This document shows positions 30,064-39,278 of a stretch of 64,000 nucleotides of DNA, piece by piece. Below the pieces are notes generated by a model, which was given only the letters and a program-made list of their open reading frames with translations, searched no databases and was not told the DNA's origin. This DNA comes from a virus. Its lineage: Duplodnaviria; Heunggongvirae; Uroviricota; Caudoviricetes. Position numbers and translations under genes: made by a program. Location of the stretch: positions 5,231 through 69,230 of the IMG/VR virus record IMGVR_UViG_3300040801_004519; one strand, written 5' to 3'. Within the stretch, counting starts at the first letter, position 1; each line of letters opens with the position of its first letter.

Positions 30064-32070
30064 ATGACCATGAAAGACAATAAAAAAGCACAGGAAATCT
30101 GGGCGGCTATTGAGAAGCGTCATCCTGGATTAGATGGCTCTGAACTTGGTGAGAATGTAAAGAACGAACTCCAATTGGCATCAGAAATTGATGCTACGGG
30201 TGGTTCGGGCACAGCACTAGATCAACTTTATGATATCTGGAAATCTTCCAAGGGAAGCGAAGGCAACGAGAATAAGTCAAACAGTTGGATCGCATACGCC
30301 ATCGGTTTGACAAGTAAGAAGCCCGAGGGAGATGTTCTTCCCCTCAGGCGTGCCTTTGCCCGCGCTGGTTTCCCCGATATCGACTCGGACTTTGAAGACG
30401 AGCGTCGAGAGGAGGTTGTCGATTATTTGGTTGAAAAATATGGACGCGATAAGGTTAGCAATATTGGGACATACGGAACGCTTGGAGTTCGCAGCGCTCT
30501 CCGCTCCCTGGTCAAGCCACTCGACCTTGGTGGGGGATATTACAAAGGCGAAGATTCTTGGACTAAGCTAAATAAGATCAAGTCAGATGAGATACTAGGG
30601 AGCCTTCCGAAGCCTGTTGGTAGCAACATGAAGGTTGAGGGCGAAGATGGAAACACAGTTGTCTTAAAGAGCGTTGAGGATGCTTATGAACATGTACCAG
30701 AGTTTCAGGAATATATGGAGATGCATCCCAAGCTCTTTAAGCACACGAAAGATATTGAGGGTATCACCAATAATTTTGGAACGCACGCCTCTGGTATAAT
30801 TATTGGAGACGTTCCTCTTTGCAACATAGCTCCCGTTCGTCCAGTTGAAAAGAAAACGTGGGATAAAGAGACCATAAGTAGCGTATCTACTCAGTTCGCT
30901 GGTGAGGATTGCGAAGCTATTGGGTTAATCAAATTTGATATTCTATCGATCAAGCTTTTATCTATTCTGAAGCATGCCATAAACATGGTCGAGAAGAATT
31001 GGGATGTCAAACTCGATATACGGAACTTCCCTCTTGATGATGAAAAGACTTATAAGCTTTATCAAAGTGGAAAAACTGCTGGGTGTTTTCAGGTAGAGTC
31101 TTATGGAATGCAGAAGACTTTAAAGGAGATCGCTCCCGATAAGTTTGAGGATGTCATTGCTGCGATTGCCTTGTTTCGTCCGGGACCAATGGATAACATC
31201 CCATCTTTCGTAAATCGAAAGTTTGGCCGCGAGGACATTAATTATTATCATGGCAACATTGAGCCTCATGTAAAAAGATATCTAGAGCCAACTTATGGTA
31301 TTCTGGTTTACCAGGAGCAGATCATGCAGGTCTGCAACGCCCTTGGTGGATTAACTCTTATTGAAGCTTATGAGGTAATCAAGGGTGTAGGTAAGAAGAA
31401 GCTTGACATCATAGCTAAGTATGAAAAAAAGTTCATCAAGGGCTGCTTGGATAAAGGTGTTCCAGAACACATTGCAAAAGAATACTGGGGAAGCTATGAC
31501 CCTGTTTCAAAGAAGCTTTCTGGATTCATTCTTCCGTTCGCAAACTACGGCTTCAACAAGAGTCACGCTCTAGCCTATGCATACAACAGTTATATGACGG
31601 TTTTTCTGAAGGCTAACTACCCAGAAGAATTCATGTGTGCCTCCCTGAACGTAGAATCTGAAAGAAAGAAGTGGAATAAAACGATTATTCTAGAGAAAGA
31701 CTTGGCTAGATCAAACATAAGCCTCCTGCCAAGGAATATCAATCACTGCGGAATGAGCTATGAGATCGTGAAGCATGCTTCTGGTAGGAATAGGGGTGAG
31801 ATAATGCCCTCCCTCCTATGCCAGGGGATGAAGAAGGCTGCTGCTGTTGAGATAGTCAACTCTCGCCCCAAAGGGGGCTTTAAAGATATTGTCGATTTTG
31901 CGACTCGAACATCAACTGATGTGGATTCTGCATCAGTTCAAGCACTAGCAATTGCTGGGTATTTTCCCAAAGCAAAGCCGAAAGAAATTGTAAAAACATT
32001 CGAGACAATTCGATCTGATTTGAAGAAGTGTAATCAGAAGGGCGTCCCTTCTGACGATATGTTTGAATAA
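30064..32070 (+). CDS. dnaE: DNA polymerase III alpha (DnaE), C-terminal part: catalytic Asp residues, fingers, HhH
   Basis: FPDIDSDF, GTHASGII, GLIKFDIL, GCFQVES, ALFRPGP, GILVYQEQIMQ, YGFNKSHA. Same frame as the N-part, separated by TAG-AAG. Confidence 0.9.
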   Translation: MTMKDNKKAQEIWAAIEKRHPGLDGSELGENVKNELQLASEIDATGGSGTALDQLYDIWKSSKGSEGNENKSNSWIAYAIGLTSKKPEGDVLPLRRAFARAGFPDIDSDFEDERREEVVDYLVEKYGRDKVSNIGTYGTLGVRSALRSLVKPLDLGGGYYKGEDSWTKLNKIKSDEILGSLPKPVGSNMKVEGEDGNTVVLKSVEDAYEHVPEFQEYMEMHPKLFKHTKDIEGITNNFGTHASGIIIGDVPLCNIAPVRPVEKKTWDKETISSVSTQFAGEDCEAIGLIKFDILSIKLLSILKHAINMVEKNWDVKLDIRNFPLDDEKTYKLYQSGKTAGCFQVESYGMQKTLKEIAPDKFEDVIAAIALFRPGPMDNIPSFVNRKFGREDINYYHGNIEPHVKRYLEPTYGILVYQEQIMQVCNALGGLTLIEAYEVIKGVGKKKLDIIAKYEKKFIKGCLDKGVPEHIAKEYWGSYDPVSKKLSGFILPFANYGFNKSHALAYAYNSYMTVFLKANYPEEFMCASLNVESERKKWNKTIILEKDLARSNISLLPRNINHCGMSYEIVKHASGRNRGEIMPSLLCQGMKKAAAVEIVNSRPKGGFKDIVDFATRTSTDVDSASVQALAIAGYFPKAKPKEIVKTFETIRSDLKKCNQKGVPSDDMFE

Positions 32071-32446
32071 AGAAAAAACCATGAGCACAAACAAAGAAAA
32101 TACGGAACGTACTACGAGTGTCCGCGTAGGAATTACTCGCACATTGAATACAGCACAATACGAGAACCTACAGATATCGCTCCACACAGAAGATGAAATC
32201 AAGTGGAGTGATATCGAAACACGAAAGAAAAAGATTGATGGTCTCACAAAACTATTGACAGATAAGTTCGCGGCTACTCAATCTACTATACTTTCAGAAC
32301 TGGGTGTTTCAGAGAAAGCGGCTTGGTTTAAGAAAACTGATCGTTCTGATAAAGTCGAAGTAAAGTCTGATGACCCAGAACCCGAAAATGAGAATGTAGA
32401 AGAGGAATCGCCTACTGGTGAAGACGTTGACGATCTGTTTAGTTAA
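32063..32446 (+). CDS. Hypothetical protein
   Basis: 127 aa; VRVGITRTLNTAQYENLQI and an acidic tail. Confidence 0.5.
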   Translation: MNKEKTMSTNKENTERTTSVRVGITRTLNTAQYENLQISLHTEDEIKWSDIETRKKKIDGLTKLLTDKFAATQSTILSELGVSEKAAWFKKTDRSDKVEVKSDDPEPENENVEEESPTGEDVDDLFS

Positions 32447-32455
32447 GGACATTAT

Positions 32456-33766
32456 ATGGCATCACAAATCAAGACAGAACTAGAAGAAATCTTTGATAGT
32501 ATCACAGATACTGCAAAGTCTATGAGCGACGAAGGTGATGATAATGGTTACTCCATTGGCGACAATGCTTCCGGCAAAAGCTTTGAAGAGAAGGTTGACG
32601 ACCTTAACGCTGCTACATCTTCTCAAGAGGCGGGATTAAGCCTTGGCGGTCCCTCAGATGAGCCTTCTACTCCAAAGAATGAGCCTGCACCACCTGCTCC
32701 CGTTCTCGCTGAGGCCGATGAGGTCGGTGACGCTTTGGATGTTGATCTTGTCAAAGACAAAGTGCCCGCAGATGGCCTGGAAGACATGCTTAAAGAATCT
32801 TTAAAATCTGATGGCAATGTTGTTTCTTCCACCGAAGAAAACTCTAACGAGATTTCCTCAGTAGAAGAAAGTCTCTCTGCAAGCTCCGAAGAGGATGCCT
32901 TTGGAATAGATGACGAATCAGTCAAAAACGAGCCTGAAGAAATTCGTGAAACACTGAATGCGAGTTCAGAAAATGACGATAATACTAGTGTGAAGGATGA
33001 TACGCAAGACGATGATAATTCTTGGGTATTTTCACCACCGGCACCCAAGTTTGCTGACTTCTATAACGTAAAGCGAAACGTTGTTGAAAGAATTCTGATC
33101 AATGGCAAATTGCCCTTTGATGTCTTTCAGGACGAGCTTGCGGATGCGTTTGTTCGTATGGGTAACAGCACGTTTGACCCTGTAGAACAAGCTGAAAAAA
33201 TGAAGGAGGTGCAAACTTGGAGAGACCGTATAGAGATGATACGTTCTCAAGCATCTGACCAATATTTCCTCTGGAAGCGTCACATGGACATCCTGCGGGG
33301 AATGGCGGGTCGAGCAGAGAACGCAAAGGGTGCAGCCGTCGATGCGGCAGCAGGTACGCACCTGTTAGATTGTGAATACTACTGGGGCCGATTAGAGGCC
33401 CTTTACAAAAAGACCGAGGGGGTCATTAAAAGTCTGGATGCGGCATATGAGAGCTTGTCAAGACAAGCAACACTTTGTCTACCAGACGCCTCTGTAGAGA
33501 GGTATGATAGGAGCAAGTACAAGAGCAACATTGAAGATAAGAGCAACGGTTTCGGAGACGAGACCATAGAAGAAGAAAAAGCTGAAAGCAAATCGAGCAA
33601 CGATAACAGAGCAAGAGCAACAACCCTTAGTCAAAGCAGTTCAAGTCAATCTAACGAAGACTTTGATGCCTTGATCTCCGATCCAGAGCCTAATGACACA
33701 GATGATGTCATGGACGGATGGAACGTAGTGAAGGAACCCGTGGTTTACGACAAGAAAAAGAAGTAA
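32456..33766 (+). CDS. Hypothetical protein with acidic disordered termini and a central helical bundle (possible UvsY-like mediator)
   Basis: 436 aa, AAGGAC upstream. Helical core about aa 200-345; sits next to the SSB and RecA genes. Confidence 0.4.
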   Translation: MASQIKTELEEIFDSITDTAKSMSDEGDDNGYSIGDNASGKSFEEKVDDLNAATSSQEAGLSLGGPSDEPSTPKNEPAPPAPVLAEADEVGDALDVDLVKDKVPADGLEDMLKESLKSDGNVVSSTEENSNEISSVEESLSASSEEDAFGIDDESVKNEPEEIRETLNASSENDDNTSVKDDTQDDDNSWVFSPPAPKFADFYNVKRNVVERILINGKLPFDVFQDELADAFVRMGNSTFDPVEQAEKMKEVQTWRDRIEMIRSQASDQYFLWKRHMDILRGMAGRAENAKGAAVDAAAGTHLLDCEYYWGRLEALYKKTEGVIKSLDAAYESLSRQATLCLPDASVERYDRSKYKSNIEDKSNGFGDETIEEEKAESKSSNDNRARATTLSQSSSSQSNEDFDALISDPEPNDTDDVMDGWNVVKEPVVYDKKKK

Positions 33767-33928
33767 CCATTTCTGGGATTCCTGACTCTTTTCTCGATAA
33801 TCAATCGATACGCCAAGCAGCCTACAACTAGGTATGTGTTTGCTGGGGTGTTCCAGCAGCATGGTGTAGAAACTCTACGCAAAATCAAATTTAACAAAGA
33901 ACCCGCCACTGCGGGAAAAGGTATTATT

Positions 33929-34597
33929 ATGTCTGAAAACAAGAAAAACGAAGGTCTAATGGATTGGGGAGATATCCCAGAGCAAAGCAAGAGCAACGGC
34001 GGCGGAAAGGGAAAACTCCAGTTCCTCCGCATGGAAAAGGGCAAGGAGTATAAGCTCCGCTTCTTCCATAAGCCCATGGCGCTTTGGAGGTATTATGTCA
34101 ACAAGAAGAGTGCTGTCACTCTTGACCCCAAGAACTGCCCAATCCAGTTGAAGAATTACAAGGGCGACGATGGCGAGCCGCTCAAGCCAAAGGATCGATA
34201 CGTAATTCAGTGTATCGACCGTGCCGATGGCGAGTTTAAGCTGTTAGAGAATGGGCCACAGGTCTTTGGTGCTCTCAGAAAGTTTGCCCAAAAGAACCAG
34301 ATTGATCCGGGCGGTAATGATGCTCCAGATTTTACCATCGATGTGACTGGGAATCTTCCCAACTACTATGATGTTACTCCTGGCTTTAAAGCAACGCCAT
34401 TCACCCCTGAAGAGATTGCAATGCTCAAGGAGAAAAAGGTCGATCTTACTCAGATCATCAAACCAACTCCTGACATTGAGGAGCACTTGTTCCCGAATGC
34501 GTCACAAGGTGATAGTGATGATTCACCTAAAAGCACTGAGTCTGCTCAGGCTGATGATGGTGGCGACGACTCAGACGACGTAGCCGTTTGGTCATAA
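33929..34597 (+). CDS. Single-stranded DNA-binding protein (gp32-like)
   Basis: FLRMEKGKEYKLRF, RYVIQCIDRADG, DPG...DFTI, acidic C-tail. ATG at 33929 preferred over the 33836 ORF start. Confidence 0.7.
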   Translation: MSENKKNEGLMDWGDIPEQSKSNGGGKGKLQFLRMEKGKEYKLRFFHKPMALWRYYVNKKSAVTLDPKNCPIQLKNYKGDDGEPLKPKDRYVIQCIDRADGEFKLLENGPQVFGALRKFAQKNQIDPGGNDAPDFTIDVTGNLPNYYDVTPGFKATPFTPEEIAMLKEKKVDLTQIIKPTPDIEEHLFPNASQGDSDDSPKSTESAQADDGGDDSDDVAVWS

Positions 34598-34767
34598 CTG
34601 AGTAGTCAATGTAGGAAAAGTTGGATATGGCGTAGTCCAACCAACAATATCTGCATATCTGTGGATCGAAGTATATATCCGCACTCCTTGCCCGAAGCGG
34701 GAGCAGGACTTAGTTCCTGTTCCTGCCTCGGGATTGCGGGGGTGAACAATAACAAGGAAAGCTTCTA

Positions 34768-36108
34768 ATGAATATTGCTGAATTAAGAAAGAAACATAAG
34801 AACGGAAAGTGGTCCAAACCTTCAACTGCTGATGAGGTTGATAAGTTCGTCTTGAAAAACTTAGAGGGCTACTGTCGTAAGGGTGCTTATGTCGAAAAAC
34901 ATGGTTTTTACCCAACGGGTCACTTTGATTTAGATTTTGCCGTACAGTTTGGAAAAGTGCCCGCCAACGCGGACCTTTCAAGCCTTGATGGCTTTGACCC
35001 CAAGATGCCGGGCGGAATTCCGAAAGGCAAGGTGACAGAAGTTTACGGCGAATCTGGCGGTGGTAAGTCTTCGCTGTGTCTTAGAGCCGCAGGACAAGCC
35101 CAGAAGATGGGTGATACTGTTATGTGGTTTGATAAAGAGAACAGCTTCCAAGAGAATTTGGCTAAGCTCAATGGCGTTGATCTAGATTCGATGTACATGA
35201 GTGATGACCCGACAGTCGATGGTGAAAAGACCCTAGAGCTTGCCATTGAAGCTATGTACTCTGGCATAGGCATGGTGGTGATTGATTCGGTAGCCTCTCT
35301 TATTCCGCGAAAGCAAATGGACAATGAGTTAGATAAAGATAAAATGGCCCTCTTGGCTCGCATGCTCTCCGAGTATGTTCCGATCATGGCTGGAATTGCT
35401 GCTGAAACAGGATGTGCCCTTGTATTTATCAATCAAATACGAAATAAGCCAGGAGTCATGTTTGGCGATCCGATTACAACAAAGGGTGGCGAGGCTCTCA
35501 AGTTTTACTCATCTCTTAGAATTCAGGTGAACAAGAGATATGGGGCAAAAGCTGAGAAGTACGTCGAAGACGAGAATGGTGACGAGATTCTTGTAGCTCA
35601 AGATAGTTACATGTATCTTCGCAAGAACCGATTTGCCAAGACTTTGAAAGAAGGCATTCCATGTCCCATCTACTTTGAGAAATATTTCCCCAAAGCAGAG
35701 GAGGTTGCTTTCAACTGTGGACGCCAGACCCAGGTCATTAAAGTGCGAAACAAGGTTTTCACTTGGGTGCATGATGATGAGAAAATTACAACCGGCGAAG
35801 AAGGCCGGAACTCTTTCATCGATCATGTTCTTGAAAAGAATTTGCTTCCAGAGCTTATAGATGACATAAAAGAAGCGGCCAAAGATCAATCTATTGTTTT
35901 GCCACCTGAAATCTTGAGCTTTGAGGTTGTTAGCAAAGATCGCGTTCGAGAGCAGTCGGTTGAGATGGACGATAATACAAGAGAAGTCCAAAATTATTTG
36001 GAAGAGGATGCTAAGGAGCCTCAAGAAGATGACGAAGCGACCACAACTGTTCCAAGAAGCGGAAAGAAAAAAGCTGGTCGATCTCGCAAGCAAAACACTT
36101 TGGACTGA
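34768..36108 (+). CDS. recA: RecA/UvsX recombinase
   Basis: GIPKGKVTEVYGESGGGKSS, VVIDSVASL, FINQIR, GGEALKFYSSLR, KNR. Confidence 0.92.
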   Translation: MNIAELRKKHKNGKWSKPSTADEVDKFVLKNLEGYCRKGAYVEKHGFYPTGHFDLDFAVQFGKVPANADLSSLDGFDPKMPGGIPKGKVTEVYGESGGGKSSLCLRAAGQAQKMGDTVMWFDKENSFQENLAKLNGVDLDSMYMSDDPTVDGEKTLELAIEAMYSGIGMVVIDSVASLIPRKQMDNELDKDKMALLARMLSEYVPIMAGIAAETGCALVFINQIRNKPGVMFGDPITTKGGEALKFYSSLRIQVNKRYGAKAEKYVEDENGDEILVAQDSYMYLRKNRFAKTLKEGIPCPIYFEKYFPKAEEVAFNCGRQTQVIKVRNKVFTWVHDDEKITTGEEGRNSFIDHVLEKNLLPELIDDIKEAAKDQSIVLPPEILSFEVVSKDRVREQSVEMDDNTREVQNYLEEDAKEPQEDDEATTTVPRSGKKKAGRSRKQNTLD

Positions 36109-36748
36109 TGAAGGCCTGGAGATACAGCAGTACCTGAGGATGCAAAGGGATATACCTGAAACCATATCTAAAATGATGGGTTTCGGCTATGTTCCCAAGC
36201 GTGCCCGCAGGTACTGCTTGTCTTCTTTAGGTTTTGATTTATCGGGTCGTTTGATTATGCCCCTGTGGGATTCCCACAAGAAGCTTGTTGCTGTAACAAG
36301 TAGAGATATGGACCCAGACTCAAATCTCAAACACTGGCATGAAAGCTTTGATAAAACAATGTATCTTTACGGACTCGATACAGCAAAACAAGCTATTTCA
36401 GAACAGGATAGTGCGATAGTAGTTGAAGGCCAATTTGATGTTGCAAGACTAAGGACATTGGGGTTCTCTAACTCCGTTGCAATCCTTGGTAGCGCTATGT
36501 CACTCATACAAGCAGCCTTGCTTTCGAGATATTGTTCACATGTCTATCTTATGTTTGATGGAGACGCAGGCGGTGAGGGGGCAACCTCTCGCTCGATGAA
36601 AATGTTCTACGAGAATCATCTTGGATCAATGGATATGAGATTCTTCCCTTGTGAGTTGCCTGAAGGCAAAGACCCCGACGATATGGATAAGAAGGGCGTC
36701 GATGCTCTAATTGAGCAGGCCCAACGAGACGCACGTTTGGAAATATAG
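36029..36748 (+). CDS. dnaG: DnaG primase catalytic core (RNA-polymerase and Toprim domains) lacking a zinc-binding domain
   Basis: GRLIMPL, LYGLDTAK, VVEGQFDV, AILGS, MFDGDAGG, LPEGKDPDD. Probable start at ATG 36029 with AAGGAG upstream, overlapping the recA 3' end. Confidence 0.85.
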   Translation: MTKRPQLFQEAERKKLVDLASKTLWTDEGLEIQQYLRMQRDIPETISKMMGFGYVPKRARRYCLSSLGFDLSGRLIMPLWDSHKKLVAVTSRDMDPDSNLKHWHESFDKTMYLYGLDTAKQAISEQDSAIVVEGQFDVARLRTLGFSNSVAILGSAMSLIQAALLSRYCSHVYLMFDGDAGGEGATSRSMKMFYENHLGSMDMRFFPCELPEGKDPDDMDKKGVDALIEQAQRDARLEI

Positions 36749-36755
36749 GTAAAAT

Positions 36756-37793
36756 ATGGCAGTTACAAAAATTGATTATAACGCAAGCGAAGTGCAGTTC
36801 ACGACTGGTGTGATGGAAACATACCTTCGGTGGAGAGAGATGAATGGTCCTCCGCGTGGTTACGAAATCTACCACCCGAGTGCTTTTGGAAAATGCTTAA
36901 GACTCATGCAGTACCAAAGGTACGAAGAGCGAGGATTAATCAAAGGCGTTCATGAGCAATTCGAAGGTCGAATGCTCAGGCTTTTCGAGAACGGGCACCA
37001 TACTCAAGCACGATGGGAGAAGTATTTTACAGAGCTTGGTGTTCTTCGGGGAGTATGGAAGTGTGCAAACCCGTCTTGTGCAATATTTGACAAGAACGGT
37101 AAGATCATTCCTGCTCCAGAAGGCAAGACTCACCACGACGTAATATCGGAAGGCAAGCGACGAACTTACGGCAAGGATGCCAAGATCGGCGTTTTCAAAC
37201 CAGACAACTGCGCTTGTGGCTCTTCCGAGTTCACTTATCACGAAATTCTTGTTGAAGACAAGGAATTGAACTTCCGTGGACATTGTGACTTGATAATTGA
37301 TTTCTCCAGGTTTGATGTTGATATGTTTGACAAAGAGGTCAAAGATGGAAAGCTCAAGAAGTTTTTCAATCCGGCCAATATGCCAACAAAACCTTTCGTT
37401 GCAGACTTCAAAACTGTTGGAGTCAATCAATACCAGAACAAGGTGAAGAAGCACGGACCTCACGATTATTATCTCGTGCAGATTCAAGTCTACATGAACG
37501 TTTTAGACCTTTACTGCGGCATGATCATGTACGAGCAGAAAGATCAGTTTGAGCTTGCATTTTACAAGGTAGATCGAGATGAATCGAAGTGGCAAGAAAT
37601 CCGTCGCCAAGCAATTAAGATGCAAGAGTTGGCCGAAGAGAATCCTCCCAAACTCCCACCCCCCAGGCCCATTAGTAAAAGTTCCTGGGATTGCAAGTCT
37701 TGCTCTTATCAGCAGGTTTGCCACAAGTCCGCTGTTTGGAAAGACCCGAAGCTAGAAGAAAAACGAAAGTCTTTCTACGGAGAGCTACTCTGA
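36756..37793 (+). CDS. Cas4/AddB-like PD-(D/E)XK exonuclease with Fe-S cysteines
   Basis: HPSAFGKC, GHCDLII, ADFKT, QIQVYM, CKSCSYQQVC. Confidence 0.75.
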   Translation: MAVTKIDYNASEVQFTTGVMETYLRWREMNGPPRGYEIYHPSAFGKCLRLMQYQRYEERGLIKGVHEQFEGRMLRLFENGHHTQARWEKYFTELGVLRGVWKCANPSCAIFDKNGKIIPAPEGKTHHDVISEGKRRTYGKDAKIGVFKPDNCACGSSEFTYHEILVEDKELNFRGHCDLIIDFSRFDVDMFDKEVKDGKLKKFFNPANMPTKPFVADFKTVGVNQYQNKVKKHGPHDYYLVQIQVYMNVLDLYCGMIMYEQKDQFELAFYKVDRDESKWQEIRRQAIKMQELAEENPPKLPPPRPISKSSWDCKSCSYQQVCHKSAVWKDPKLEEKRKSFYGELL

Positions 37794-37875
37794 TTAATGA
37801 CGATAAAACCTAAAGTGGGTTTCCAGTTCCGCTTTACATATTGCCAGAAAAATTTTACAAACATGGAAAAATTGT

Positions 37876-38526
37876 ATGTCTACAAATCTTGATAATTATG
37901 GTGCTCCTAATGAAATAGGAAGTCCGACTGATATTGACGATATTTTGCAAGCCTTGCATACTGTTGATGACGAGATTGAACATCTCAAGCAACTGAAGAA
38001 GCATAGAACTGCAAAGATACAAGATGAAATCACGAAGCTTGAAGAAATCCAATCAGATTATCGAGATTCGATTCGTCAGCATATGTCAGAGAGCGGAGAA
38101 AAGCGGCTCAACTATCCCGGCGTGGGCAAAGTATCTCGTCGCGCTGGAACCCGAAAGTGGGAAGTAAAGGACAATGAGTCTTTGCTTGATTTTCTTTCTA
38201 CTCATCTTCCAGAAAAGCAGCTTGAAGACATGGGGGTAATTAAAAAAGAAGTAACCTTCGTGAAAAAAGAACTAAACAAACTACTTGACAAGCTGAAAGA
38301 CAATGGTAATATTCCAGAAGAAATAGTGGAGGAGATTGTTAGCCAAGAATCGATATCCATTACCTTCGACAAAGATATGCTGCCTTCAGGTGTTGACGTT
38401 GATGATTTGCTTCAAGCAAAGTCCACTAAAGGATCGACAGAGATTCAAGAACCATTAAAGATTGAAACAAAATCTGATCCAGAGACTGACGATCAGGAAG
38501 AAACCTTTGACGCTTTGTTTGAATAG
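37876..38526 (+). CDS. Gam/Gp157-like coiled-coil protein
   Basis: N-terminal coiled coil, KRLNYPGVGKVSRR, KKEVTFVKKELNK. Confidence 0.5.
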   Translation: MSTNLDNYGAPNEIGSPTDIDDILQALHTVDDEIEHLKQLKKHRTAKIQDEITKLEEIQSDYRDSIRQHMSESGEKRLNYPGVGKVSRRAGTRKWEVKDNESLLDFLSTHLPEKQLEDMGVIKKEVTFVKKELNKLLDKLKDNGNIPEEIVEEIVSQESISITFDKDMLPSGVDVDDLLQAKSTKGSTEIQEPLKIETKSDPETDDQEETFDALFE

Positions 38527-38598
38527 TAACCCCTTTGCCCCAACGTACTTGGGGGGAACAAAGCTTGTGCGTACAAACTCACTATAACGAGATTAATA

Positions 38599-39272
38599 AT
38601 GAACAACAAAAACATTAGAAAGGAGCATTATCCGACCGCCAAGGCCTCTAGAGAGACTTGGTTTGTGTCGGATACTTAGCTCATTTTGGACACGCAAACA
38701 TAATCAAATATTCGAGTAGGCCATTTAGTTCTGTTGAAGAACATGATGAAACTCTGATTGAGAATTGGAATAAGCACGTTAAAGATAACGAAGACGTTTA
38801 CTTCTTGGGCGATTTTGCCTATCGAAATAAAAATGCCGCAGCCAATATCAGGAGAAGGCTAAATGGCAATATCTACTTTATCGAAGGAAATCATGATAAA
38901 TCTGCTTTTCAAATTCGCAATACCTTCGAGTGGTACAAACAGACACATGAGATAAAGGTTGAAGGGCATCGAATCTGGCTTAGCCACTACGCTCACAGAA
39001 CATGGAATAAATCACACCATGGAGCCATTCATTTATATGGACATAGCCACCATTCACTTCCCGATGATCCTCATGCACTAAGCATGGACGTTGGTGTCGA
39101 TGCGATTGCTTGCCGTGCCGCTAATGTTAAAAGCGGAACAAATCCTATTCCTGTGGGTAAAACAAAGCCTGAAGATTATCGACCAATTTCTCTTGATGAA
39201 GTTATAAACTTCATGTCGGATAAGAATTGGTTTCCAATCGATCATCATGGGCGAAAACCAAACATGAGTTGA
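38599..39272 (+). pseudogene. Calcineurin-like phosphoesterase interrupted by a 5-nt insertion containing a stop
   Basis: ATG 38599 reads MNNK...TWFVSDT then TAG; TAGCT separates SDT from HFGH in another frame. The downstream part has LGDFA, GNHD, HYAH, GHSH, DVGVD. Confidence 0.7.
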
Positions 39273-39278
39273 CAATAT

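Noticed and set aside
29900-30360. Trans-splicing split intein at the DnaE junction, as in cyanobacteria
   Set aside because: No Cys/Ser-initiated IntN block after ERFL and no HN-C/S/T block before PDID.
33895-33920. Cobalamin riboswitch suggested by CCCGCCACTG
   Set aside because: The other conserved riboswitch elements are missing and the downstream gene is SSB; a simple hairpin explains the sequence.
35921-36028. Long N-terminal extension of the primase given by the ORF track
   Set aside because: It lies inside recA, has no zinc-binding motif, and a better start with a Shine-Dalgarno motif exists at 36029.
36756-37793. CRISPR-Cas system suggested by the Cas4-like gene
   Set aside because: No repeat-spacer array or other cas genes are visible; stand-alone Cas4-like exonucleases are common in phage recombination modules.
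38577-38590. T7-like promoter core ACTCACTATA
   Set aside because: Single occurrence, no upstream T7 specificity bases, no single-subunit RNA polymerase in the window; a 10-mer match can occur by chance in this much sequence.
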